Source of the DNA: an uncultured Hormoscilla sp.
GTDB lineage: Bacteria > Cyanobacteriota > Cyanobacteriia > Cyanobacteriales > Desertifilaceae
Direction: 5' to 3'
Length of the DNA stretch: 64,000 nucleotides
Assembly (NCBI GenBank): GCA_963921275.4
Contig: OZ001293.3
Coordinates: 384,001 to 448,000 of the forward strand
A program made the position numbers and the translations under genes. This document shows positions 10,131-24,159 of this stretch, one piece after another. Each line of letters opens with the position of its first letter. Position 1 is the first letter of the stretch. Under the pieces are notes generated by a model. The model saw only the letters and a list, made by a program, of their open reading frames with translations, searched no databases and was not told the DNA's origin.

Positions 10131-11322
10131 TTAATGCTCCCGAATATTACCAAAGGCGCAGTGGAATCTCAATGACAAATTCCGCTCCTTCACCGTGGAA
10201 ATGCATGATAACTTACCACCATGACGCTGTACCACGATCTGGTAGCTAGTAGATAACCCCAACCCAGTCCCCAACCCCACAGGCTTAGTGGTAAAGAAGG
10301 GATCGAATATTTTCTTCTGAACCGACTCACTAATACCAGTACCATTATCTGCAATTGAGATTTGCACTCCCTCATCTTTAATTAACAAGGTGCGAATTCT
10401 AATTTCCGGAGAGGGGATGTCCGCCGTCGATCGCATTGGCGAGCAAATTCATAAACACCTGATTCAGTTCCCCGGCGTAGCACTCCACCAGGGGTAACTT
10501 GCCGTATTCCTTGACCACCTGAATGGCTGCCCGATCGGCCTTAGCTTGCAGACGGCTTTCTAGGAGTATTAAGGTACTATCGATTCCCTCATGCAGATCT
10601 ACTGCTTTATGTTCCGCTTCATCTAACCGGGAAAATTTCCGCAGGGACTGAACAATCTCCTGAATGCGTTTAGTTCCTATCTGCATCGAGTCAAATAGCT
10701 TGAGTAGGTCTTGTTTGATAAATTCCAGGTCAATTTCTTCTATCCGATCCTGAATCTCTGGGGCTATGTAACTGGATTGGTTTTTCTCTAATATTTCTAA
10801 CAATTATAGCAATTTTTGGGTGTATTGCATAGCGTGGAACAGGTTGCCGTGAATAAAATTTACCGGATTATTTATTTCGTGAGCCACCCCTGCCACTAAT
10901 TGTCCCAAGGAGGACATTTTTTCACTATGCACTAACTGTATTTGAGCTTTTCGCAGTTGGATATGGGTATTGATCCGCGCTAAAACCTCTTGGTTTTGAA
11001 AGGGCTTGGTGATGTAATCCACTGCCTCCATTTGCAACCCTTTAACCTTGTTCTATACATCCGCAAGTGCTGTGATAAAAATCACGGGTATTTCTTTAGT
11101 TTTCCGGTCCGCTTTCAGCCGACGGCAGGTTTCAAACCCGTCCATTCCTGGCGGCATCATCACATCTAGCAAAATCAGGTCTGGTAATGTATTTTGCAGC
11201 CTTTTGATTGCACTTTCACCACTTTTCGCTACTGATACTTTGAACCCGGCATGATGCCAAAAATAAAAAAGCGAGATTCGTTGGGTTATCATCCACAATT
11301 AAAATAGAGCTTTTTTGAGCAT
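10131..11322 (-). pseudogene. Response regulator-histidine kinase hybrid, fragmented
   Basis: REC (DLILLDVMMP), H-box ([10 protein letters not shown]) and HATPase (FFTTKPVG) split over 4 ORFs by stops and frameshifts. Confidence 0.85.
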
Positions 11323-11557
11323 TTTCCAGATCTTTTACTCTCCCGATCGGATTGCCGATCGTATTGCTTAACGTGAGTTATACAGTTACTCAAACCCTCT
11401 CAACTTCCCTCCGGCACTCCGGCCTGGCAACCGGAATTCTTACCTTTGGATAGCTCTAACTATGAACTACGAACCGCGTAGCGTTGCGAGGTACGAAGCA
11501 ATCTCGAACTACGAACTCATCTTGCTTAGGGGCGATCTCCGCTGCTAAAATAATTTA

Positions 11558-11745
11558 GGCTCTTCGGTACTTGGTTGGCAAATTAGGGGTTCAAAAATCT
11601 CCGAAAGCCTTGCTCTGTAAGGCTTTAGCGACTTGCTAGACCCAATAGTTGCCTAAAAAAGACAGTCTATCGTCTGAAAGCCTTGCTGCGCAAGGCTTTC
11701 AGCCTAAATCTATTGCTAAAATACCATACTAAGTACCGAAGAGCC
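11558..11745. mobile_element. MITE, ISL3-like ends
   Basis: TIR GGCTCTTCGGTACTT...AAGTACCGAAGAGCC with 8-bp direct repeat ATAATTTA. Confidence 0.85.
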
Positions 11746-11890
11746 ATAATTTATATCATTGTCCTTCACCTGCTGACATATTTTCGACAAAGTTCAGAAT
11801 TTCTTTATATTCAAACTCATCAGCCTCCAGCAGCTGGCGGGCAGGAAATGGATCCCGTTTCAGTCACTGGCCCATGCTGATTCTGGACAA

Positions 11891-14800
11891 TTACTTCATC
11901 TGATGAGGAATCTCGATCGCAAAGGAGGTTCCTGCACCCGGTGCGGAAATACAGGATAACTTACCGCCATGATGTTTCACCACAATAGAATAGCTTGTCG
12001 ATAAACCCAAACCAGTCCCGGAACCCACTGGTTTTGTGGTAAAGAAGGGGTCAAATATCTTGGCCTGCACTTCCTCACTCATACCAGAACCATTATCAGC
12101 AATCATGATTTGCACGGAGGAGGCATCAGTCACTTTTGTGCTAATAGTAATGGTAGACGTCCAGTCTGACTTTTCTCCCTGAGACTTGGCTGAGGATATG
12201 GCATCAATGGCTTTTGTCAGAATATGCATAAATACTTGATTCAGCTCACCTGCGTAGCATTTGACTTTGGGTAGCTGACCATACTCTTCGATCAGTTTAA
12301 TGTCTTGCAGCTGACTCTGCAAGATTACTAAAGTGCTATCAATTCCTTCATGAATATCTACTGTCTTTAGTTCTGACTCGTCTAAGCGAGAGAAATTCCG
12401 AAGCGATCGCACAATCTCGGCAATTCTTTCCGCCCCGATCTGCATGGAAGAGATAATTTGAGGTAAATCTTCTTTGATAAATTCCAGGTCTCTCGCTTCT
12501 ATCTCCTCTTGAATCTCCGACACTGGCTCTGGGTAATACTGCCGATAAATCTCGATAATGTTGAGTAAGTCTTGACTATAGCTATCGGCATGATTGAGAT
12601 TCCCAAATATGAAGTTAACCGGGTTGTTAATTTCATGGGCTACACCTGCTACCAGCTGTCCTAAACTAGACATCTTTTCAGTTTGAATCAGTTGTGTCTG
12701 AGTGCGGCGCAGTTCCTGCAAAGCTGATTCTAACTCCGTTGCTTTCTGACGCGCCCGCTCTTCTGCTTCCCGCAATGCTGACAAATTACACAACTCAATC
12801 TGCGTTTTAATTCGTGCCAGCAATTCATTTTTGGCAATAGGTTTAGTTAAATAATCATTAGCCCCCGCATCTAATCCTGCTACCAGATCCTTGACTTGAT
12901 TTTTGGCCGTCAACATTAAGATTGGTAGTTCATCCAACTCATACTGTTCGCAGATTTTTTCGCAGACTTCATAGCCAGTCATGCGCGGCATCATCACATC
13001 TAGTAAGATTATATCTGGTTTACCTTCCGACTCAATTACTGCTAACGCTTCCTCTCCATTCGTGGCTGAGACTATGGTATAGTTTTCTAAGGAAAGATAG
13101 TTTACCAGTACCTGGAGATTTACTGGCTCATCATCCACAATCAGGATTTTGAACTCTGATTGGAAATTGTCAATTGTTAATGGTGAATTGTCAATTTTTT
13201 CGGATGTATTGGCAAGCGCTTGTTTCACAGCAGGTGGAGAATAGATAGGTTGGTCATGGACAATTCTTTCCCTGGAGACGATCGCCATTGGCAGAGTAAA
13301 GGTAAATCGAGAACCAACGTTAACAGTTGAGGCAACGCTAATTTCGCCGCCGTGCAATTCCACTAGCTTTTTGGTAACAGCTAAACCTAAGCCAGTCCCA
13401 CCATACTCTCTAGCTGTGGAACCATCAGCTTGTTCAAAAGATACAAAGATGCTGTCTAATTTATCTGCGGGAATCCCGATGCCAGTATCAGACACGGTAA
13501 TTGCTAATTGTCGATCGGGCCTGTTTGCTGCTGATATTTCTACCCTGCCGCTGCTTGAGAACTTAATCCCATTCCCAATCAGGTTAATGCAGAATCTGCT
13601 GCACCCGATTTTCGTCTGCATTTGCTAGTGGTAAGTCAGGAGGAATGGCGTTAATTAGCTGCAAATCTTTATTGCCAATCAGAGGTTTGCTAAGGGTAAG
13701 TACGACCTCGGCCACTTCTCGCATGCCCACAGGAAGCAATTGTAGTTCAATATCTTTGTGTTTCAGTTGAGAAAAATCGAGGATGTCATTAATCAGATTA
13801 GACAGACGCTTACCGCTAGCAACAATCAGGGATAGATTAGATTTGGTTGAAGTGGGCAGTTCTCCAGTAACTCCTTCCATCAGGGACTCAGCAATACCGA
13901 TAATGCCATTCGTCCGCAGTTCGTGGGAGGTATTCGCCAAAAACTCATCCTTTTGTTCAGACGCTGCAATTCCCGATTTTTGGCTTCTAAGGTAGCAAAA
14001 GACTCTTGCAGTTGTCTGGCCATAGCATTAAATGACTTGGCCAGTTCCCCTACCTCATCAGAACGTTTAAATTCTAAAGAGTCCCCTTGCTTCCATTCAC
14101 CTTGGGCCAGTTTCTTCGCAGCTGTATTTAACCGCCCGATCGGTCGGATAACCCACCGCGAAGTGAGAATACCAATGGCGATCGCCACCCCCAAGGCCGC
14201 CAGACATAGGAGAATTGTGGTGCGAGTATTAGCATTAATTTGCTCCATAAAGTCCGCTTCTGGGATGACTACCACCACGATCCAGTCAATTCCGCGACTG
14301 TCAGAAAAGGGCGTCACTTGCAGGAATTGTCGATCGCCCTTGAGTACAAAGGTCAGTTCCTTGGGAGTATCAATGTTGCTAAATTCACCAAACTCTGCCT
14401 TTAAATATTGGGCTGTAGCACTAAGGCAGGCCGCTATCTATGGCCCTGAGGCGACTGACTTCATCGATATTTTCGCTTTTGAGCGCGGGTTGATCTGAGG
14501 TAGAACTTGCCACGAGCAGTCCCGAACGTTCTATAATAAAGGTCTCTCCCGATCGACCAATTTCTAAACCTTGCAGGAACTCACCAATTTGTGATAGCAG
14601 TAGATCTATTCCCAAGACTCCCTGCAAAGTTCCAGTGGAGTCGTAAACAGGCTGGCTAATGGTGATCGCAGGTTGCCAGCTGAGAAAATCTGTATAAATT
14701 TCACCCCATGTGGCTTGACCGGTTTGCACGGCAGCTTTGTACCAGGGTCGCTGACTTGCGTCATAGTATTTACTGACAGACAACAGTTTTTGGCGATCGC

Positions 14801-16118
14801 CCAAATTATCTGTAGAATAGATGTGCCTGATCCCACTTTTTTGAGGGTTTTCTGAGACTTTAATCGTCACAGGTGAAGCCACAGTTCCGCCGTCAGGAGT
14901 AACCCCAACAAATCCTCCCTGGGAATAGCCAAAATAAATGTCATCTAGATTTTGTGCTAAAGCAAAGACGCGGTATTGTTGCCATAAGTGACGCTCTATA
15001 TCTCTGCCCTCTTGTATATCTAACAAACCGATTCGGATCGCCTCAGCGGTGCTTTGATTGAGTGCAATTGGTTTTGCCAAATAATCAGTCAGGTGTTGCT
15101 CGATGCGAGCCGTTATTTCCCTACGCAACTGATTAGGGGTCGAGCTGGGAATCGCTTCGGAACCCTCCCGTTCGGAACCTAAAGAGCGACTTTCACCGCA
15201 TCCGGCTACTGGGTAGTAGGCCCAAGTCATTGGTAGGTAACTTTTGGATTACTCCCTTTGTCCCTTATCTCATGCAATTTCGCTCCTTTCCTGGTTGGTG
15301 AGTGGCCGGAAAACCTTTAGTATCACCATTATCGCGTCCGTTTTACCAGTAATCTATTCCTCAATCACCGAAGTGACGGGCTTATAACGTATCTAGAGTT
15401 ACTTTCACCTGAGACTTCCTACTATCACCCACCCTCACCGCACGTCGGCGTATCCTAAGCATTACCCCAGGCATTTGCTTCTTGGGGGCAGGCTTGGGCT
15501 CCCACTCGTGGCTTACGCTTCACATCTGACTGGTCCAGTTGGACAGCTCACGAGGGGTTACTTCGTCCCCTGGTCTCCGGAGCGCGATGCCTTTAGGTCC
15601 CTACTCTACCCCGGTAGTTCTTTGAGTACGATGTTAGCCAACAACAAAGACTAACACTAATTACGGTGACTTTTGTCTCCGGCGCATAAAGCCTTATTTC
15701 GCCGGTTTGAGGTAACGAGGCTTCTATAGGTTTGCTTGATCTAACCTTGGACATCATCGAGCGCGGAGTCGCCAAGGCTGCCAGCTATCCTACATTTAAG
15801 TTCTCGCTTAGCACCACGATGATGTTACTTCGCAACACCTCCAACCGGTGTTACCCCCGTACTTGGGGAGGCGGAATTTAACCCCCATGAATACCAGAGT
15901 TCCTAGTTTCCTAGGCTAGCGTTCCGCGTTTGAACAGGTTAGACTAGAACGAATCGCACGGTGGTAACCTCATTGACAGCTTTCTGTCCGTTGCGTAAGG
16001 AAAGATAGCCTGTCAATCCTACCGCTGCGCAGATTTGCAGCACAAAGGGGACGATGAAGACGGTTCGCAGCCCGACAGTTCCAGAAAGTTTGTCAACTAG
16101 ACGGTTGAGAGTTTTCAT
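11891..16118 (-). pseudogene. Cache-HAMP hybrid sensor histidine kinase (HK-REC-HK), intron-interrupted and frameshifted
   Basis: Fragments: TM, Cache (RPWYKAA), HAMP (RSDEVGELA), ANTSHELRT, HATPase, REC, second HK. The C-terminal 576-aa frame is open. Confidence 0.85.
15132..15959 (-). ncRNA. ORF-less group II intron (828 nt) inside the sensor kinase gene
   Basis: 5' GTGCGATTCGTT; D5 gtAGCcggatgcggtgaaagtcgc; 3' ctcgAcccctaat; removal restores the reading frame. Confidence 0.9.
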
Positions 16119-16142
16119 GGGAAAGGTCTCGTGGTATGGGAC

Positions 16143-16418
16143 TATACTGCTAAAGGTCAGAAACTGCGCTTCACAGTGCAACCAATATGTCCGGAGCGAG
16201 GGGGAACTTTTTTCGAGATCCTTGTGAGCGCAAGAGTAACACCCCCCGTAGCGCTACGCGCACTTCGTAAAAGCGCACGTAGCGCTACGGAGGGTCTGAC
16301 GGCTGTGCTTACTAGAGTTACTGCTGCCAGAGCCCCCCCTCCCAATGACACCAACAATGCAATAAAGCGCAAGTCGTATCCCTTACGGGACGCGCAGCGC
16401 AATCCCTTTCAAAGTATA
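16143..16418. mobile_element. MITE-like element, family shared with 9693-9940
   Basis: Same ends and subterminal blocks as 9693-9940, different interior. Confidence 0.6.
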
Positions 16419-16435
16419 ATCCATTTTAACTCGAT

Positions 16436-18424
16436 CTACCTGGACTTCAGGTCGGCGATCGCCCCCTTCGTCAGCCCCGCGATCGCATTATCCGTGGCCT
16501 TGCGTAAGTGATAATATTTCCCCCCGGCTGTTTTCGCCAACTCCTTCGCGAACCCAGTAGAAATAAACTTATTTTCCGTATCGATCGCCAAAAGTTGTAT
16601 CCCCAAAGCTCTAATTTTGGCTGCAATTTCCAACAGTTCCCCTTTAATATCTGGTTTTTCTCCTGGTTCCATCGCTTCGCCCAAAGAACGGGCCAAGGGA
16701 ATATTACCCCGTCCGTCAGTAATGGCCACCAGCACTACTTGCCCGATATCTCCCGACTGTTGAGCATTCACCCCCACCCTGACAGCAGTAGTCAAACCAT
16801 GAGCTAAGGGCGAACCGCCACTGCAAGGCATAACTTCCAAACGTCGCCGCGCTGCCGCGATCGACCTGGTCGGCGGTAGCAACACCTCCGCCTGTTCTCC
16901 CCGAAAGGGAATCAAGGCCACTTGGTCGCGATTTTGATAAGCTTCCGTCAGCAGTTGCATCACCGCCCCCTTGGCCGACTGCATCCGATTGAGGGCCATT
17001 GAACCGGATGCGTCCACTAGGAAAATCACCAAAGCACCCGCCTTTCTGACTAACCGCTTGGCACGCACGTCCCCCGATTCTACAATTACCTTCCTACTCG
17101 GTTGGCGCGATCGCCTGGCCTGCTGATAAGGTGCCGCTGCTCTCAAGGTCGCATCCACGGCAATGCGGCGCACCTTTCCTTTCGGCAACATGGGTTTCAC
17201 GTACCGTCCCCGATCCTCAGAAAAAATCACGCTGCGACTGCCGGACTTACCCTGCCTTTGTGCCATCTGAGCAAAGTACAGCACGCTGTCATCCAGAATT
17301 ACTCCCTCTGGATCGAAGACAAACTCTTCGGGAATGCTAGTTTCTTCTTCTTCTGGTTCTTCGGGACTGTTCTCATCATCCTCATCATCCTGCTGTTCGT
17401 CGGACGGTGGCGGTGGTGGAGGGGGCGGCGGTGCCTCATCTGGTGGCGTTTGCACGACTGTGGCCCGGGGGACGATTACCAATTCCACCGCACTGCGCAA
17501 ATCTTCCGCGCTGACATAGGTCCGTCCCTCCAGTGCAGCGCTAGCTTTGGCCACTTTCACGGCAAATAATTCCGCCCGATGTCCCTGCACCCCAGCCCGA
17601 ATGGCCTCCTCTACTAGATAGGTAATTTGTTCGCTCTTTATGCGGACATCTTTGAGCCATTCCCGCCCCAGGAGAATTTGAGTTTTCAAGTCCTCCATAT
17701 CTTCGCCGTACTGCTGGAGAAATTCCTGGGGAGATTTGGCGTAGGCCAGGGCCCGATCGACCGCTTGCACCCGATCTTCCAACCCCAAAACCCCATCAGC
17801 TGAAAGGTTAATGGCAATGCGATCGAGTAAATGGCGGCGCAGGGGACCTTCTTCCGGGTTGTAGGTAGCAATTAACAGAGACTTGCTCTGATGTTCAAAA
17901 CTAATCCCCTCTCGTTCAATTAGGTTCCGTCCTTCACTCAAAACCGTTAGCAGCTGGTTGCTGATTTGGTTATCGAGTAAATTAATTTCATCCACATACA
18001 GGACGCCTCGGTTAGCAGCGGCAAGCAACCCTGGTTGAAATACCGTTCTCCCTTGCTGCACCGACTTTTCCACATCCACTGAACCTAAAAGTCTGTCTTC
18101 CGTTACCCCCAGGGGAATTTGCACGAAAGGCGCGGGAATAATCTCTGTATCCTGACTTTCTTGGGTAGGTTCTTCGTTGCTCAGGGTTCCTTTCACCACT
18201 TCAATGGGTGGCAGTAAGGCGTGTAAAGCCCGTGCCATTACTGATTTTGCCGTGCCCCGACGACCCGCGATCGCCACTCCTCCCAATTCCGGGTCGATCG
18301 CCGCCAGCAGCAGCGCTAATTTGATCGCTTCTTGACCGACAACAGCCGTGAGGGGAAAGGTTGTGATAGTAGACGACATTGCAGGCATGATTTGAATGAT
18401 TGTTTTTCCGTGCTCAAATAGCAT
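16436..18424 (-). CDS. chlD: Magnesium chelatase subunit D
   Basis: AAA domain GRRGTAKS, poly-Pro/acidic linker, vWA DASGSM; true start may be 18388 or 18379. Confidence 0.95.
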   Translation of the reverse strand: MLFEHGKTIIQIMPAMSSTITTFPLTAVVGQEAIKLALLLAAIDPELGGVAIAGRRGTAKSVMARALHALLPPIEVVKGTLSNEEPTQESQDTEIIPAPFVQIPLGVTEDRLLGSVDVEKSVQQGRTVFQPGLLAAANRGVLYVDEINLLDNQISNQLLTVLSEGRNLIEREGISFEHQSKSLLIATYNPEEGPLRRHLLDRIAINLSADGVLGLEDRVQAVDRALAYAKSPQEFLQQYGEDMEDLKTQILLGREWLKDVRIKSEQITYLVEEAIRAGVQGHRAELFAVKVAKASAALEGRTYVSAEDLRSAVELVIVPRATVVQTPPDEAPPPPPPPPPSDEQQDDEDDENSPEEPEEEETSIPEEFVFDPEGVILDDSVLYFAQMAQRQGKSGSRSVIFSEDRGRYVKPMLPKGKVRRIAVDATLRAAAPYQQARRSRQPSRKVIVESGDVRAKRLVRKAGALVIFLVDASGSMALNRMQSAKGAVMQLLTEAYQNRDQVALIPFRGEQAEVLLPPTRSIAAARRRLEVMPCSGGSPLAHGLTTAVRVGVNAQQSGDIGQVVLVAITDGRGNIPLARSLGEAMEPGEKPDIKGELLEIAAKIRALGIQLLAIDTENKFISTGFAKELAKTAGGKYYHLRKATDNAIAGLTKGAIADLKSR

Positions 18425-18462
18425 AGCAATATCGATAATATCAGTGCGACTCGTTCAGTGTA

Positions 18463-19297
<835 letters not shown>

Positions 19298-19897
19298 AAC
19301 CACCGGTGATAACCGAAGGGGGACCACTGGCAAGGCTCCATTAGCCTTGATAACTTTTAGATGATGGTGGTGAAAGCCCACCCCTCCAGGTGCAGGAGTG
19401 ACAGCACTTACCCCACGGTAGCGATGGCATCAATCCGTGAAGCGGGTACGAAAGGCGCCCTGGCTGGTAGCCTAAACCGGTCATCGCCGATTTTTCGCGC
19501 AGCGTGCAAGTAGTCACGGTGAGCGAAAGCAAAGATTTACAGTGTCGTTACGACAAACCAGCGTAATAAGGCTAAACACGCTGGCCCAAAAGGGAAAGGA
19601 TAATGGTCATTGGCGGTTTGAATTCTGACCAATAAGCACCGACAATAAACCCGGCATAAGGAATCCACCTAAAACTACGACCAATCATCTAGAGGAACGA
19701 AGTAAACCAGGTACATACTCTCAACCACCGGTCGATAGGTTGAGCAGCCACCAAAGGCGCAACATCTGCTTACATTCGGCAGGTTATATCTGGGAAAGAT
19801 TTCGCGGAGAAGCTAACGCCTTTCTGTAATGGATGGGATATGCTGACGCCCTCACGGTAACGTCAATTGTAAAGTTGTAAGTAGCAATACATACGTC

Positions 19898-21671
19898 ATG
19901 AGCACGATGTCAAAATCGATGAATGAATGGAAGGATATCCCCTGGCCTCGGCTGGAACGGGTAGTCTTTAAGTTGCAAAAACGAATTTACAGAGCGGCAC
20001 AAGAAGGCAATAAGCAAAAAGTTCGCAGGCTCCAAAGGTTACTGGTAAGCTCCCGGGCTGCCAAATGTCTAGCGGTACGACGGGTTACACAAGATAACCA
20101 GGGAAAGAAGACAGCCGGTGTGGATGGTGTGAAATCACTAACCCCAAAGCAACGCCGAGAACTGGTAGGACAGATTGAAATCTCAAACAAGGCTAAGCCT
20201 ACACGTCGTGTATGGATTCCTAAGCCAGGGAGAGAAGAAAAACGTCCTTTAGGAATACCCACGATGCACGACCGCGCGAATCAAGGGCTCCTCAAGATTG
20301 CGCTTGAACCCGAATGGGAAGCATATATGGAGGGGAACTCATACGGATTCAGACCGGGTCGGGGATGCCACGATGCAATTGCGGCAATATTCAGCAGCAT
20401 TAAACAGAAACCCAAATGGGTATTAGATGCAGATATTGCGAAATGTTTCGACAGGATAGACCACAAAGCGCTAGTCGAAAAATTAAATACTACGTCACCA
20501 ATCCGTAAACAAGTACGGGCATGGTTAAAAGCCGGGGTGATTGACAAGAAGATATGGCACACAACTGAGGCAGGAACGCCACAAGGGGGTGTCATATCCC
20601 CACTGCTAGCCAATATAGCCCTACAGGGGTTAGAGGAAGCAGTAATGGAATTAGCAAAGACACAAAGGGAAAAGCGAAAGCTGACGGTAGTCAGATACGC
20701 AGACGACTTTGTGATCATGCATGAAGACAGGGAGATGATAGACAGAGCGCAAACAGTGGTGGCAGAGTGGCTAAGAAGAATAGGGCTTGAGTTGAAGGCC
20801 CGAAAAGACAAAGATAGCCCACAGGCTAAATGGAGAAAACCCGGGATTCGACTTCCTAGGATTCAACATAAGGCAATATAAAGAGGGAAAATACAGAACC
20901 GGCAAATCAACAAACGGAACACCCCTAGGATTCAAAACCCTAATCAAACCCAGTAATAAGTCCATAGGGAAGCATAAAGAACGGTTATCAGAAATGGTAA
21001 CTAGCCATATAACAGCACCACAAGCGGCCCTAATAAGCAGGCTAAACCCGATAATAAGGGGATGGTCAAACTACTTTAGGACAGTGGTAAGCAAGGAAAT
21101 TTACAGCGATATGGACAACTACCTATGGAACATCCTATGGCAATGGGCCAAAAGGAGGCACCCTAACAAGTCAAGTAACTGGATAACCTATAAATACTGG
21201 TCTGTAAACCAGGATGCTAAATGGCGATTCCGAAGCAAGACAAAAGAGGGTGATATGAAGATACGTAAACACTCCGAAACTGAGATAATCAGACACGTAA
21301 AAGTGAAAGGGACCGCAAGCCCATACGACGGGAACCTCACATATTGGAGCACAAGATTAGGCAAAAGCCCCGAACTGAGTAAAAGGGTAGCAACGCTACT
21401 CAAGCAGCAAAAGGGAAAATGCCAACAGTGCGGACTAACGTTTATGGATAGTGACAAATGGGAAGTTGACCATATCATGCCCCTTTCACTAGGAGGTAAG
21501 GACCGGTATGACAACCTACAGTTGCTACACAAACACTGCCACGACAAAAAGACTGCCAGCGATGGCAGTAGCCGTACCCATGACAAGGGTGGCGTGACCG
21601 AGGAGCAGGATGAGGCGAAAGTCTCATGTCCGGTTTTGAAGACGAGTCGGTCCGGTGACGGACTGGCTTAG
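19898..21671 (+). pseudogene. ltrA: Group II intron reverse transcriptase/maturase with HNH, frameshifted
   Basis: TAGVDG, RPLGIP, PQGG, YADD, HNH (EVDH..DNLQLLHKHCH); extra G at ~20798 (AAG G CCC GAA) breaks ELKPEKT. Confidence 0.9.
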
Positions 21672-21677
21672 TTTAAT

Positions 21678-22444
21678 TAGGTACGGCAACTACCATCGTT
21701 AGCAGTCTTTACGTCGTGGCAGTGTATTGCCACGTTGTGCCGCTCTGTAAATTCGCTTTTGCAGCTTGAAAACCCTCCGTTCTAACTTTCGCCAGGGGAT
21801 GGTCTTCCATTCATACATCGGTTTTGAAACCTTGTTCATAACGTTTGTACTGTTACTTGCAACTTTACCTTTGACATTACCGTGAGAGCGTCAGCGTATC
21901 CTACTCATTACAAATAGGCGTTTGCTTCTCCACTCAATCCTTTTCCGGCTACGACCTGCCTAATGAGAGCAGATGTTACGTCTTTGGTGACTACTCTACC
22001 TATCGACCGGTGATAGAGAGTGCGTAACCGGGTTACTTCGTTCCTACAGATGATTGGTTGTAGCTTTAGATGGATTCCATACGCCGGGTTTATTGTCAGT
22101 GCTTGTTGGTCAGAGATAAACCTGCCAACGACCATTATCCTTTCCCTTTTGGGCCAGTGTCTCAGCCTTATTACACTGGTTCATATTTACGACGCTGCAA
22201 ATCTTTGCTTTATGCTCATCATGGCTACTTGCTTGACGTTGACTGGTTTAGGCTACCGGCCAGTGCGCCTTTTATTCCTGCTTTACAGATTGATGCCATC
22301 GCTACTGTAAGGAATATGCTTTCACTCCTGCACCTGGAGGGGTGGGCTTTCACCACCATCATCTGTAAGTTGTCAGGGCTAATGAAACCCTGCTAGCGGT
22401 CCCCCACCAGTTATCACTGGCGGTTTATGCTAAACGAATCGCAC
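21678..22444 (-). ncRNA. 5' half (D1 to D4) of group II intron X, RT ORF internally deleted
   Basis: 5' GTGCGATTCGTT at 22444; RT start MNKVSKPMYEW...AAQRGN joined directly to HNH-tail sequence; ends abruptly at the copy A 3' end. Confidence 0.88.
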
Positions 22445-22623
22445 TTACCAATATATAATATACCATCAACCCGATGACGGATAGCATACAAACCCGGTCT
22501 AACCATCAGATGGGAAAATTGTTTGGTCAAGGGCCAGCAGTCTTCAAACGGTGTTACATAAAGTATCTCCAGCAGTCTTTCTGCTTCGGCGCGAATTTGG
22601 GAATAGTCCATCTTATCTATCAA
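22445..22623 (-). pseudogene. GIY-YIG nuclease family protein, exon 1
   Basis: PGLYAIRH...ILYIGK, cut by intron X after AA of the Lys codon. Confidence 0.8.
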
Positions 22624-22946
22624 TTATAGTCTACAATTGTCATCGCAGATGCCCTGCATCAGTGAAGATGGTTTTACCATTAATTGAGCTTCGTGGGAAT
22701 GTCCTCAATTTGACAATTCCAAATCTCTCCAACGATCCTCATGTCCGGCGATCGCACCGGCGGATGGGAGGCCATGGATCGCCGTTCTCAAAGCAAACGA
22801 TCGCGCTTCCTGATGATATCATAACTCAGTACCGCCCACCAGAAGCTAAATCTAGGACTCGGTTTGACAATTTGCCTCAGTCCTGTATATAATTTACTAG
22901 GACCGTCGCCGGGGATACAAAATAACCAGTTTACGGAGGCCAAACA

Positions 22947-23699
22947 ATGGGATTAAAGCTAGATAACGTAGTCCCCTGGGGCCGATCGCACTCTGAATAC
23001 CTGAGAATGTTCGACATTACTATACCAGAGTTAGATTTAAAGATCCTTGATTCTGGTGGCGGTCCTGCTAGCTTTAATGCGGAAATGACGCGGCGATGTG
23101 CGAGGGGTAGTGCGAGTAGCGTGCCCCGAGGGCATCGAAAGGGCTACAATAATGTGATTTCCTGCGATCCAGTTTATCAATTCAGCGCTGATGAAATTGC
23201 CCGACGCATTCAAGCAACTTATCCAGTTATTGTCGAGGGAGTAAAGGCAAATCAAGATCAATATGTTTGGCAAGGAGAAATCACCTCTCCCACTCAGCTA
23301 GGACAGGTGAGAATGGCAGCCATGCAGCAGTTTTTGGCTGATTTTACCGAGGGGAAAAAGTCAGGGCGTTATGTGAAAGCTAAATTGCCAGTACTACCTT
23401 TCAATAAAAAAAAATTTGATTTAGCCCTCTGTTCTCATCTATTATTTCTTTATTCCGACCAACTTGATGCAGCATTCCATTTCCATGCTATACTAGAACT
23501 ATGTCGAGTCGCTAGGGCAGTCCGCATCTTCCCCCTGCTGGATCTATCGGGAGAACCTTCTCCACACCTGTCAGGTACTATAATGGAATTAAGACAGCAG
23601 GGTTATCATGTAGAAACCCGGCAGGTGGATTATGAATTTCAGCGCGGCGGCAACCAAATGTTGCGAATTGAGAATGGCGAATGGAAAATGGAAAATTGA
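22947..23699 (+). CDS. SAM-dependent methyltransferase-like protein with a 42-bp in-frame insert
   Basis: ILDSGGGPASF, FDLALCSHLLF, RIFPL, YEFQRGGN motifs. Confidence 0.8.
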   Translation: MGLKLDNVVPWGRSHSEYLRMFDITIPELDLKILDSGGGPASFNAEMTRRCARGSASSVPRGHRKGYNNVISCDPVYQFSADEIARRIQATYPVIVEGVKANQDQYVWQGEITSPTQLGQVRMAAMQQFLADFTEGKKSGRYVKAKLPVLPFNKKKFDLALCSHLLFLYSDQLDAAFHFHAILELCRVARAVRIFPLLDLSGEPSPHLSGTIMELRQQGYHVETRQVDYEFQRGGNQMLRIENGEWKMEN

Positions 23700-23701
23700 G
23701 A

Positions 23702-24100
23702 ATGGCGAATAAACAAATTACTAGGACATTTTCGGGAACGAGTTGGGAGGAAAAAGCGGGTTACTGTCGCGCCCTCAGAGTGGGAAACCAGATTTATGTT
23801 TCCGGGACCGCACCTATCGATCAATCTGGAGGCGTATTCGCCCCCGGAGATGCTTACGCCCAAACTAAATATTGCTTGTCAATTATCCAAAAATCTTTGC
23901 AGGATTTGGGGGCTGACTGTAGCGATGTTATCCGAGTACGCTTGTTTGTGACTGATATTAGTCGCGCCCAAGAGTTTATTCAGGCCCATCGCGAATTCTT
24001 TGCAGAACATCCCCCAACCAGTACAATGGTTGAAGTTAGCGCTTTAGTAGATCCGGCGATGCTGGTTGAGGTGAAAGTAGAAGCAATTTGTTTCTCATAA
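23702..24100 (+). CDS. RidA family protein
   Basis: GYCRALRVG, VSGTA, PTSTMVEVSAL. Confidence 0.88.
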   Translation: MANKQITRTFSGTSWEEKAGYCRALRVGNQIYVSGTAPIDQSGGVFAPGDAYAQTKYCLSIIQKSLQDLGADCSDVIRVRLFVTDISRAQEFIQAHREFFAEHPPTSTMVEVSALVDPAMLVEVKVEAICFS

Positions 24101-24159
24101 TTGCATGACGGAGGTAAGGACTAAAGTCCTTACTACGAACGAATGATAAGGATAAAAAA

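Noticed and set aside
20790..20810. Programmed frameshift rescuing the RT
   Set aside because: No recognisable slippery heptamer at the extra G; a shared inactivating mutation is simpler
19898..21671. RT as a DGR, retron or defence RT
   Set aside because: It lies within clear group II intron ends and has maturase and HNH domains; no TR/VR pair was seen
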